Shown: positions 10,397-20,709 of the stretch, one piece after another
How positions within the stretch are numbered: the first letter of the stretch is position 1
How the letters are laid out: each line of letters starts with the position of its first letter
From: Octopus bimaculoides
Lineage: Eukaryota
Assembly: GCF_001194135.2 (NCBI RefSeq)
Contig: NC_068986.1
Coordinates: forward strand, 24,810,748-24,848,010
Reading direction: 5' to 3'
Length of the DNA: 37,263 bases
Notes under the pieces: model-generated
Told to the model about the DNA's origin: nothing
Database searches by the model: none
What the model saw: the letters and a program-made list of their open reading frames with translations, nothing else
Translations under genes and position numbers: made by a program

Positions 10397-10635
10397 CATG
10401 TGTGTGTGTGCGCGCGCGTCTTTATGACTGTGTTTGTCACCCGCTACCGATGATTGACAACCGGTGTGGGTGTGTTTACGTCCCAGCAACGAAATGGTTC
10501 AGCAAAAGAGACCGATAGAATAAGTACTCGGCTTAAGAAAAAATAAGTCCTTGGGTCGATTTGTTCGATTGAAGCCCTTCAAGGCGGTGTCCCAGCATGG
10601 CCACAGTCAAATGGCCGAAGCAAGTAAAAGAAAAA
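10209..10635 (+). mobile_element. SINE family A, full length
   Basis: GCAGGCGTGGCAGTGTGGTA...GGGTTCAGACCCACTGCGTGGCACCTTGAGCAAGTGTCTTC...(TA)n...GACCGATAGAATAAGTACT...CCAGCATGGCCACAGTC. Confidence 0.88.
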
Positions 10636-11389
10636 TGATATCACATACATTCTAAGAGAACACAGAAATACATTTTCAGTGACGAAGATCTTATTGACAT
10701 CCATGGTACATGAATATTTAATATTGAATGAAAGAAAGCGGCAACACTTCAAAGTACACAATGTTATTTCTTATCAACTAAAATTTAAATTAATTTGGAC
10801 TTGTCAACTGCAAAACAATAAATACATATTCTAAATTAAATTAATAATACTGACACGCATAGAAACAGTAATAAAACTCTCAGTAATATAAAAGAAAAAA
10901 ACACCAGCTGTTTATCAACAAAACACAATCTAAATACTGTAGGTGACGCAGTAAACAGTAATATGATAGTAGTGTTCATAATTTTAATTACCAAGAAATA
11001 ATGGACAGTTTACATGCAAAACATAGAAGAGTTGTAAATAAGAAAAGGAAATATTTAAGATAACTGACATTGACGGAAATCTATTTTCTTGTTATTGTTG
11101 GTTGTTGCTTTCTTCGTTCAACTCTAGCTCAGCCCTGATCTGAGAGACCTATGACTGACGGTGTAACAGCTGTGATTAGTTTCTTTTTCTGTTCAGACAT
11201 AGTGGAGTCTAGAACTACATCTGCTTTGTCTGTCTTTTTAAAACAGTCCGGTGAGACGTGTGAGAGATTTGGTGTTGTTTAAGAGATGATTTCTCGATGG
11301 TTAACAATTCGAATAGTAGTTTCAGTTTATTCAAGACATCGTCTCCAGTAATTTGACTATTGCTTATTTTATCGACAATACTCCTCCAG

Positions 11390-11613
11390 AGCCTCAGAAG
11401 ATAATGTCACTCCAAGGCAACCCAACGGACTGAGAGCAGTTGAGTCACTTCAACTCTTTAGCTGCTCATCTAAGAGAAGACAACTCAATACAAATACTGC
11501 ACTCTGATAACTACTGGGCGGGTGGCACATATTCCATCAGACCAATACCCGTTCGAAGGACGAGAGTGCGGGACTGGCTCTAAACAAACCGTACACATTA
11601 TAATAATTCTTGC
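11390..11613 (-). repeat. Unassigned ~220-bp repeat, copy 2 (inverted relative to 8819-9033)
   Basis: See copy 1; this copy has a short insertion (CTCTTTAG) in the hairpin region. Confidence 0.85.
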
Positions 11614-11617
11614 TGCG

Positions 11618-12000
11618 AAGGTGATGAGCTGGCAGAAACGTTAGCACGCCGGGCGAAATGCTTAGCAACATTGCGTTCTGAGTTCAAATTCCGCCGAGGT
11701 CGATAAATTAAGTGCAGTTACACACTGGAGTCGATGTAATCGACTTAATCCTTTTGTCTGTCCTTGTTTGTCCCCTCTATGTTTAGCCCCTTATAGGCAA
11801 TAAAGAAATAAGAACCATTAGCACATTGTGTCTATCTTTACTGAGTTCAAATTTCTGAGTTCAAATTCCGCCGAGGTCGACTTTGCCTATCATCCTTTCG
11901 GGGTCTATAAATTAAGTACCAGTTGCGTGCTGGAGTCGATCTAATCGACTGACCCCCTCCCCCAAAATTTCGCGCCTTGTGCCTGGAGTAGAAAAGAGCA
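11618..12000 (+). mobile_element. SINE family B, two tandem copies
   Basis: GAAGGTGATGAGCTGGCAGAAACGTTAGCACGCCGGGCG...; the second copy TTCTGAGTTCAAATTCCGCCGAGGTCGACTTTGCC...CCAAAATTTCGCGCCTTGTGCCTGGAGTAGAAAAG. Confidence 0.85.
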
Positions 12001-12012
12001 ATTATTGCTGTG

Positions 12013-12352
12013 ATAAGCACAAAGTCTGAAATTTTGAAGAAAGGGACCAGATGACTACATCAACCCCAGTGCTTGAGCGGTGCTTATTTTATCGACCCTG
12101 AAAGGATGAATTCAGTTTTAGATTAAGAATTTAACATTCTTACTGTTTTAAAATTGCTTCTAATTTAGGTACAACTAGAAATTTTGAGACGAGGGATTAG
12201 CTTATACTATCGGTAACAGTATTTGACTGGAACTCTATTTATCGACACCGGAAGGATGAAAGATAAACTTAACCTCAGCAGAATTGGAACTCAAAATCCC
12301 ACGAAGCACTTTTTCCGACGCATTAACAGTTCTTCCAACTCGCCGCCTTTGT
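12013..12352 (-). mobile_element. SINE family B, two antisense copies (12013-12110 and 12165-12352)
   Basis: GCACAAAGTCTGAAATTTT...CTTATTTTATCGACCCTGAAAGGATGAA; the second copy ends CCAACTCGCCGCCTTT, the reverse complement of the head. Confidence 0.75.
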
Positions 12353-12618
12353 TTACTGTTTTAATGATAATGCATACATCATTTACTAAATAACATTGTC
12401 ACCAGTTATTGACGATGCATCGAAAATTTTTGATATCTTCTGACATCACTCCTCTGACAACAGAGTCATCTTATACCAAAAATTCCCTTATCACATCCTG
12501 CACACATCACATGAGGCCTCATCATTGCATAGTATTGTCAATAACCAGTATTTCAGTCAATGAACTAATTCCTTCTTTCGAATTATTGGGAAATTTGTTT
12601 CCTTTTTAATTATACTTC

Positions 12619-12660
<42 letters not shown>

Positions 12661-12779
12661 GTGGGGGTCTTGCTTTTCATGTAAAAAGCCACAGGATTCT
12701 GCTTAACGACTACTTTCTACATATTATTAGCTTAATATAACAGCAACAATCCTGAAAATTTTCATTTCGATATGCTTAC

Positions 12780-12882
12780 AGTCCGCAAGAGACAATTTGC
12801 ATGTAATTAGTAACTACCTCTAGAGCGAGCATTTGATGCACTTCCGGCAAATATCAACATGGCGTCAGCGCGTAACACTTAA
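12780..12882. promoter_or_regulatory. Candidate housekeeping-type, possibly bidirectional, promoter
   Basis: ETS motif ACTTCCGG (12840-12847) and YY1-like AACATGGCG (12856-12864) in CpG-containing unique sequence. A minus-strand splice donor ACT|GTAAGC lies at 12780/12779. Confidence 0.35.
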
Positions 12883-14429
12883 GTTTGCTAAGGGAGGACA
12901 AAATACCGTACAGTGGATTCAAAAGGAAATGGTTTCTTCTTTCCATTTAATGGTAGTATTCTGTGTTCTGCTAATTATTACCTTGAGAATTCACAATTAA
13001 TTACTAGCCCAAACGCTTTCATTTGTTTTCTCCAAATGCTACAACGTCTTAATCTCATAGCTTTAACTATATTATTCCCATGTGATATTCATTCGTTCTG
13101 CTGTTTAGTCTACGATACTGAATTTATGACAATAACTTATCGTATCAAGTTATATCAGATTAATTTGACAGTGCCTCTCACACACTAGTTTCTTTTCGTT
13201 TAACCCCTTGATGTGTGTCATATGATCTACAAGCCCCGTCCTATGTCTTGTCATTGCTTGATATAGTTTTCCTTTAATAAAATGGTCTGCAGACTACTTT
13301 GTATTTTCCAGAAATACTTCCAGTATTATCCTGTTCCAGGGCTTCCCTCGCTATGTAAATGATTTCTTGATTTCTGATTGCTCTAATTCTTCCAAGAATT
13401 ATACTTATGATCCATTAGATTTACTCACGGCATGGTTTCGGTTTTCGCCTAGAATAATTTCCCATTTTATTCTGAAAGAATTATACGGAAGTTGACACTG
13501 ACACATCTCACTGAAATTAGAATGACCGATATGCAAATGAGATTGTTGTTTTTATTTACTACATAATAGTTAAGATGTTTTTTTATGACGTTGTAGCAGA
13601 AGGGTACAAGATTTGGTAATTCTCATACTTTTTTAAGTGGTACTTGCGGCATAAATGAAGAAAAGTTTTTAGAAGTTATCAAAATCTAAGCACGACCCCT
13701 TACACGTTTGTTACTAGGTAAACTTAATAGCAACAATTGGATCTTCAAACGCTAAACAAATACACATGAAATCAAAACTGTGTTGTTAGTACATGCACAA
13801 AATGACGCATGCTTGTAATACCTGCAAATATGTTATGTATTTCCAATGAATTATTAACCATTTCAAAGTATATACATCAAAGAGAACCAGTATCTTGTTA
13901 GAGCTGAAATCATATATTATGTAACATTGAGTAAAATGCGAAGTATATTTTGATAGGTCGGCGGGTCAGAAAAATGTCACCAGGATTTGCATCGTGTGGA
14001 TCAACGTGTTTCATTATCTTAGCTTAACCAGTTTCTATCAGATGTTTGTTTATTTTTGAAAAGGGTGGAGTACCAATCTCCCTTTGTAATTACTCAGTCA
14101 AAGAGTGTCAACATTCATCAACTTCTCAGTAATACATACACAAAGAAATTTACCCACATACACTCAAACACACATATACACACACATATAACTTTTTAAT
14201 TTGTTTATGGGAAACGTTTTGAATATGCAATTAAAGTTCTTATTCCATTATACCGGCCACCATCTGATAATGCTAACTAGTGAGCCAGTTTCTCCGCTTG
14301 ATATTCATACGGTTAATTAGAGAAAAACATCCCTCTGTGGTACATCCACTAATGTTATATCGCCTGAAGAAATGAATCAGTGAAGATGGTCAACTGGATG
14401 ACAACGGATATTACGGACTACAGTACAGC

Positions 14430-14477
14430 CATTGCAGGAATACGGACATGGGATTTGTGGAAACGCGCGTAGCGATG
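14430..14477 (+). ncRNA. Relic minimal hammerhead motif with partly deleted core
   Basis: Stem I CAUUGC/GCGAUG; stem II UACGGA/UUUGUG; GAAA; palindromic ACGCGCGU. Only AGGA remains where CUGANGA is expected. Confidence 0.4.
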
Positions 14478-14507
14478 CATTAAATGTTTATATTTCCATC
14501 CTAGGAT

Positions 14508-14519
14508 TATCATTATTAT

Positions 14520-14550
<31 letters not shown>

Positions 14551-14589
14551 ATCATTATTATTATCACTATTATATATTTATATATATAT
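14508..14589. repeat. (TAT)n/(TA)n microsatellite
   Basis: Read directly; it forms the shared tail of elements on both sides. Confidence 0.9.
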
Positions 14590-14818
14590 GGTGGTTGTCT
14601 ACTCCTTAAACAGAGTTTGACCACCTCCTGCACCTACACCTTAGCCCTTTCATGGCGTCTGATGTGGCTTTTTAAACCAGACAGTGTTTTGAAAAAACAC
14701 CCACACAGATTGCACCTCTGATTTGCACTACCAATACCTGCAAGTAAGTTCTGCTCATTGTGGATCCTAACATGTCTTTTAAGACCCCCATTGGATTTGC
14801 AAACCCTCTGGCACACAC
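14590..14818 (-). mobile_element. 3' end of an RTE-like LINE encoding two C2H2 zinc fingers (alternative: last exon of a C2H2-ZNF gene)
   Basis: Reads VCQRVCKSNGGLKRHVRIHNEQNLLAGIGSANQRCNLCGCFFKTLSGLKSHIRRHERAKV* (stop 14634-14636). The linker is not TGEKP-like. A 44-nt UTR runs straight into a simple-repeat tail. The 5' side is lost in a gap. Confidence 0.6.
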
Positions 14819-15369
14819 NNNNNNNNNNNNNNNNNNNNNNNNNNNNNNNNNNNNNNNNNNNNNNNNNNNNNNNNNNNNNNNNNNNNNNNNNNNNNNNNNN
14901 NNNNNNNNNNNNNNNNNNNNNNNNNNNNNNNNNNNNNNNNNNNNNNNNNNNNNNNNNNNNNNNNNNNNNNNNNNNNNNNNNNNNNNNNNNNNNNNNNNNN
15001 NNNNNNNNNNNNNNNNNNNNNNNNNNNNNNNNNNNNNNNNNNNNNNNNNNNNNNNNNNNNNNNNNNNNNNNNNNNNNNNNNNNNNNNNNNNNNNNNNNNN
15101 NNNNNNNNNNNNNNNNNNNNNNNNNNNNNNNNNNNNNNNNNNNNNNNNNNNNNNNNNNNNNNNNNNNNNNNNNNNNNNNNNNNNNNNNNNNNNNNNNNNN
15201 NNNNNNNNNNNNNNNNNNNNNNNNNNNNNNNNNNNNNNNNNNNNNNNNNNNNNNNNNNNNNNNNNNNNNNNNNNNNNNNNNNNNNNNNNNNNNNNNNNNN
15301 NNNNNNNNNNNNNNNNNNNNNNNNNNNNNNNNNNNNNNNNNNNNNNNNNNNNATATATATATATATATA

Positions 15370-15525
15370 TACGACGGGCTTCTTTCATTTACCATCTACC
15401 GAATCAACTCGCAAGGTTTTGGTCGCCCTGTGACTGTAGCAGAAGATACTTGCCGAAGGTACCACGCAACATGACCGAACCAGAACCATGAGGTGGGAAA
15501 GCAAACAACTTACTACGGAGCCATA
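15370..15525 (-). mobile_element. SINE family A, 5' half
   Basis: ACGACGGGCTTCTTTCATTTACCATCTACCGAATCAACTCGCAAGG...GAAGATACTTGCCGAAGGTACCACGCA...GAACCATGAGGTGGGAAAGCAAAC. Confidence 0.8.
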
Positions 15526-16082
15526 CCTGCACTTCTGTGGTTGTGTGTTAAGTATATACATATATATTTATATACTTTTGTATGTATGTACGTATGTATG
15601 TATGCATGCATGTATGTGTGTGTTTGTGTGTACGTATGTGTGCGTGTATGTATGTATGCATGCATGTCAAGTTTGGTACATTTAAATATTTCCATTCATT
15701 TCAATAATCGAAGCCATGTCATCCTTAAAACTACATTCAAGGAAGAGAATAGGTTCTCATTTTATCTACGTACATTGCTACATTGATTTCCTTTACTTTT
15801 CTCGATGGTATACAGTCTTTGTAATTAAAAGCCCATTTTATAGTGGAACGTGTTTTCCATTTTTGCATTATTCATGATCTATTACTCTTGTAATCAGAAG
15901 TTTGAGCTATTTCTTTATTGTGTTTCGTTTATTATCTGTCTCGCTTTCACTTTTTATGTTGTCTATAATGTAGTTTGTGAGCAATAGTAACATTCGTTAC
16001 AGGTTTCCAACACTCGTTCATTGTATTGCTGACAGTAATAGTGGGAGCCAAAAATGAATTTCACTGGTGTTTTCAGTACACA

Positions 16083-16182
<100 letters not shown>

Positions 16183-16419
16183 CAAGTAAAATATATGTAT
16201 ATACCAGAAGTTACGATAAACACAACTTAATATTATTTGTTCCTCTGTAATTTCACTATTGTGCTTGTTTGGAATTCTATGTCGGATGTACCCAGTACAG
16301 CTAGATGCTTAGTAACAACGGATCGTCAGAGAACACTTTAAGCATTATGATGCAGAGAAGTAATGTCACGAGTTGGGTAGAAGGCAAGGCATTTTATAAG
16401 AATTTTGAAAGATAAAGAG

Positions 16420-17085
16420 GACATGAGAGACATAAGAGACATAAGAGACATGAGAATGCGAGTGAGAAAAGGAAAAAATGGAAAAGACAAAATAGAGAAT
16501 ATATCTCTAGGACGGGTAAAATTGCCGATATTTATGGACGAGTTCTCTCCGGCGGTCTTTTCCCTCATCATCGCTGCCATATCCTGTGTCTCCCAGAGAC
16601 CCGTGTCTGTCCTTAGGGCATCAACATATGTCATCCTCGGTCTCCCGCTTCTAGTGTGTCCGTGTAGCGGCTCCCACAGGAGCACTAAGTGCAATATCAA
16701 CTCTGAAAGACGGTTAGTATGTCCAGCTAACCTTAATCTCCTCTGTGTTATTCTAGAGCTAACTATTAGGAGGCTCTCGTACAGCTGTGAGTTTTTCAAC
16801 CTCAGTGTATATTGATTAATGTTCAGAGCATTCCTCAGCAGTCTCGTGTAGCACCCATCCACCATATAGGTGAGTTTCTTTGTCAGTGTCCAAATCACAG
16901 ACCCGCACAAAAAGCACAGACTCCATACAGATCTCAAACTGTGGCATACCACCCAGGCTTTGCTCTTCCTCTCAACTATACCACCCACTGTGTTCCCAAT
17001 CTTTGCTCTCAGATACAGAAAGTCCTCAACCAACTCTAGTGGCTTCCCGCCTACATTCATTTGTATACATTACCTTTTTAAACGA
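16420..17085 (-). mobile_element. RTE-clade LINE, 5'-truncated ORF2 C-terminal part with tandem-repeat tail
   Basis: Reads GGKPLELVEDFLYL...WTLTKKLTYMVDGCYTRLLRNALNI...RITQRRLRLAGH...LVLLWEPLHGHTRSGRPRMTYVDALRTDTGL, the standard RTE post-RT motifs. Tail of four 9-mers GACAT(G/A)AGA at 16420-16455. Confidence 0.9.
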
Positions 17086-17092
17086 GAGTACA

Positions 17093-17153
17093 CATACATA
17101 CATACATACATACATACATACATACATACATACATACATACATACATACATAC
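17093..17153. repeat. (CATA)n microsatellite; further tracts at 17406-17443, 17558-17589 and 18362-18410
   Basis: Read directly. Confidence 0.95.
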
Positions 17154-17557
17154 GTGCAGTTACTTTATCCAGGTTATAAGTTCAGGTTTATACCTGTAAT
17201 TATTGGGGCCCTGGGATGTGTAACACACTGCCTAAATACCTTGAGAAATTAGGCTTCTCAAAACCAGACAGGAGAAAGCTAACTCGAAGACTACACATCC
17301 AGTCGATCAGTGAAGCTGTAAAATTTGTAAAACTTCCCATCATTTAAATATATATGAGTATGTCAAGATATGCAACTATATGCATGAGAATACATACAAA
17401 TCTGTACATACATACATACATACATACATACATACATACATACAAACAAAAATACCCTGTTGTTGATGTTGAAATTCCAATGAAGGAACCTTGGATCTAG
17501 GTTAGAAACCGGTTCATTTTCTATTGGCAAGAAATCTTGAAATGAACTGAATAATGA
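17154..17557 (+). mobile_element. 3' end of a restriction-like-endonuclease LINE (R4/Dong/HERO type)
   Basis: Reads VQLLYPGYKFRFIPVIIGALGCVTHCLN, then after a frameshift LEKLGFSKPDRRKLTRRLHIQSISEAVKFVKLPII*. PVIIGALG is the conserved block downstream of the PD-(D/E)xK residues. The 3' UTR ends in (CATA)n. Confidence 0.78.
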
Positions 17558-17589
17558 CATACATACATACATACATACATACATACATA

Positions 17590-18361
17590 CGAAGGTAGGA
17601 TGAAAAGTTTATAGGCTGTCTACGAAGGAATGATGTCAGAGCTGTGAAATATTGCAAGCATTAATTTCATCTCTCCTTATTAATAACTGTATTGTTTCTT
17701 TTCAGGTACGTGAACTGACATGTGACTGTTCAAAAGAGTCTTCAAAAGTAACTAGTATCAGCTTCTTTTGAACATGGACAAAATTCGGCATCGTGGTGTT
17801 ATCGAGTATCTGCAGGTAAAAAGTGTTTAATCCCCAAGGACATTCATGCTGATATGGCTGCTACATTCGAAGATGACGCTCCAGCTTAATCAAAAGTACA
17901 AAAGTAGGCTTCATCATTTTGAACCAGAAACAAAAGAGGCAATCCATGCAATTGAAACACCCCTCCTCAACAGCTCCAAAGAAGGCCAGGGTCGTTTCAT
18001 CTATAGTGAAGGTGATGGCCTCAGTTTTCTGGAATGCAGAAGGGCCACACCATCAATGACGAGTGCTCTCCCAACTTGTTGAGTTACGAAAGGCTGTCAT
18101 GGCCAAACACCAACTAAAGAAGCCATGTTTTATCAGGATCTAGCTCCGGCACACAAGTCATACGTTTTAATAGCTGCTGTGTGTGACTGTGGCTTTGAAT
18201 TGGTTGATCACCCTCCCTAGTCTCCTGATTTGGCGCCATCATACTCTCATCTGTTCCCCAACTGGATTAAAAAATTACTTGGCTGGGAACCAGTATCGCT
18301 GTGATAATGACGTCAAATCTGCTGTGATGAATTTTTTGAGCCACTTTTCAGCCAGCCTTCG
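17590..18361 (+). mobile_element. Internally deleted mariner (DD34D, irritans/Hsmar2-like), 772 bp
   Basis: TIRs CGAAGGTAGGATGAAAAGT / ACTTTTCAGCCAGCCTTCG with TA on both sides (17588-17589 and 18362-18363). From the ATG at 17774: MDKIRHRGVIEYLQVK..PKDIHADMAATFEDDAPA*; later HHFEPETK, KVMASVFWNAEG, FYQDLAPAHKS, DHPP*SPDLAPSY and LAGNQYRCDNDVKSAVMNFL. Confidence 0.93.
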
Positions 18362-18525
18362 TACATACATACATACACACACATAGTTACATACATACAT
18401 ACATGAATACTCATACATATATAAATGCAAACATATATACATTCATAGCACATACATTGTTATTTAATCTAACTACCTTGCCTTGACATATATTCATGTA
18501 TACATACATGTGTGTGTGTGCGCGC

Positions 18526-18569
<44 letters not shown>

Positions 18570-19429
18570 TAAAAACCACAAAGCAGTCGAGATTAAAGGT
18601 TCGGAAATTCAAAACATTTCCGCCATTAACTAATACTGAAACAAAGAACGTTGTTTTACTGAAACACGACGACTGCGTCTAACATCTACAACTCGATACA
18701 CGTTCGTATCTGATTTTCATTTTTACTCCTGTTAAAATCGTTCACTAACAACGATTAATGAGAGAAAATTGCTCCTTGAGAAGCTGATATGATATATAAG
18801 GTTTGTATTAATTGGAATACAATAAATAGAATTAAGTGATAATAGCTGTTATTTCAGTTTTAGTATTCGTCTTATTTCAGTTTTTTTTTTCGTTTTTAAC
18901 GCCTGATGTGAAACATGAGGATAAATATGTATATCAATGTATATGTATTTATGTATATCCGATGGATTCAACTGTCCGAAATGAGACGATTTGTGCTGCC
19001 GCTTGACTGGACAGCTTGTTTTAGCGACAGCACTGTTTTGGCGCTGGAGGCAAACATTCAAGACGCGTGCACAAATTCCTCTATTTATATAATATGTATA
19101 CATATTCTCATCATACCCACAGAAGAAATATGCCCATGCGTAAGTAGAGAGAAGAAAACAGGGAAGGAGAGAACGAGAGAAACATTAAAGCGAGTGAAAC
19201 ATTAAAAGAACATTTGATGTCAAATAAGTCAGCGTCGAATCAGCGCTGCCAGAAAAGCGGCGCACATTCAGATATACGTCTCGTAGCTACTGGGGTTGAT
19301 GTCGAAGCATTTATTCCCGAAATCAAGGCAGTGTTCAACTCGTTGAATTATCTTACCGTTGTCATAATTACCAGATAGAATCTGCGTGACACTGAGTACA
19401 ACATTGGACCTTTAAATTACCGTACAGAC

Positions 19430-19600
19430 CGTCGGGGCGGGGACTTCTACAAAATTTCCATCAACCCAATATCACTCGCAACACTTGGAGCAACCCAAGA
19501 TTACGACAGAAACATTTGCCTAACATTCCCAGCAGTATGGCTGAAACCGAAACCTTTTAATTGTGAAACGAATTTTTTAAATCAGTCTTTCATGTCTGTG
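19430..19600 (-). mobile_element. SINE family A, old degraded 5' half
   Basis: GACTTCTACAAAATTTCCATCAACCCAATATCACTCGCAACACTT...GAAACATTTGCCTAA...GCAGTATGGCTGAAACCGAAACC. Confidence 0.5.
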
Positions 19601-19620
19601 TCTACTGTCGATAAGCAGTG

Positions 19621-19940
19621 AAGGCGCGTGGCTTAGTGGTTAGGGCATTCGTCTCACGATCGTAAGGTCGTGAGTTCAATTCCCGGCGACGGGTTGTGTC
19701 CTTGAGCAACACATTTTTTTTCACGTTGCTCCAGTTCACTTAGCTGGCAAAAATGAATAGTACCTGTATTTCAAAGGACCGGCCTTGTCACACTCTGTGT
19801 CACGCTGAATCTACCTGAGAAATACGTTAGGGGTACACGTGTCTGTGGATTGCTCAGTCACTTGCACGTTAATTTCACGAACAAGTTGTTCCGTTGACCA
19901 TATCAGCTGGAACACTCGTTGTCGTAACCGACGGAGTGCT
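19621..19940 (+). mobile_element. tRNA-derived SINE family C
   Basis: A-box-like TGGCTTAGTGG and B-box-like GAGTTCAATTCCC, followed by TGTGTCCTTGAGCAA.ACA...CACGTTGCTCCAGTTCAC. Related pieces at 32850-32920 and 34955-35240. Confidence 0.8.
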
Positions 19941-19980
19941 CCTTTCCTTACTGTCGATAGATAGATAGATAGACATTGAT

Positions 19981-20160
19981 ATAGGGTGGCGAACTGACAG
20001 TCATTAGAGCGTTGAAAAGCATGATTATTTGTAGTTTTCCAGCTCGTTACGCTCCGAGTTCAAATAATATCATTAAGGTCAAACTTTACCTCTCTTAGCT
20101 AAGGGGTCGATAAATACAGCACTCAAGTAACAAGGTTCATGGTATTGACTTGCCCCCAAA
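19981..20160 (+). mobile_element. SINE family B, degraded
   Basis: AGGGTGGCGAACTGACAG...CTCCGAGTTCAAAT...GGTCAAACTTTACC...GGGGTCGATAAATA. Confidence 0.55.
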
Positions 20161-20662
20161 CTTGTCTTCCACTGCAGAACGGATATATTTGTGTGTGTGT
20201 TTGTGTGTGTGTGTGTGTGCGTGTGTGCGCGTGTGTGTGCGTGTGTGTGTGTATGTATGTATGCATATATATATATATATGTATGTATGTATATGTATAT
20301 TTATATCTATATATATNNNNNNNNNNNNNNNNNNNNNNNNNNNNNNNNNNNNNNNNNNNNNNNNNNNNNNNNNNNNNNNNNNNNNNNNNNNNNNNNNNNN
20401 NNNNNNNNNNNNNNNNNNNNNNNNNNNNNNNNNNNNNNNNNNNNNNNNNNNNNNNNNNNNNNNNNNNNNNNNNNNNNNNNNNNNNNNNNNNNNNNNNNNN
20501 NNNNNNNNNNNNNNNNNNNNNNNNNNNNNNNNNNNNNNNNNNNNNNNNNNNNNNNNNNNNNNNNNNNNNNNNNNNNNNNNNNNNNNNNNNNNNNNNNNNN
20601 NNNNNNNNNNNNNNNNNNNNNNNNNNNNNNNNNNNNNNNNNNNNNNNNNNNNNNNNNNNNNN

Positions 20663-20709
<47 letters not shown>

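Noticed and set aside
19621-19690. tRNA gene
   Set aside because: It has A/B-box-like motifs but no acceptor stem closure and continues into a SINE body; the same applies to the other SINE heads.
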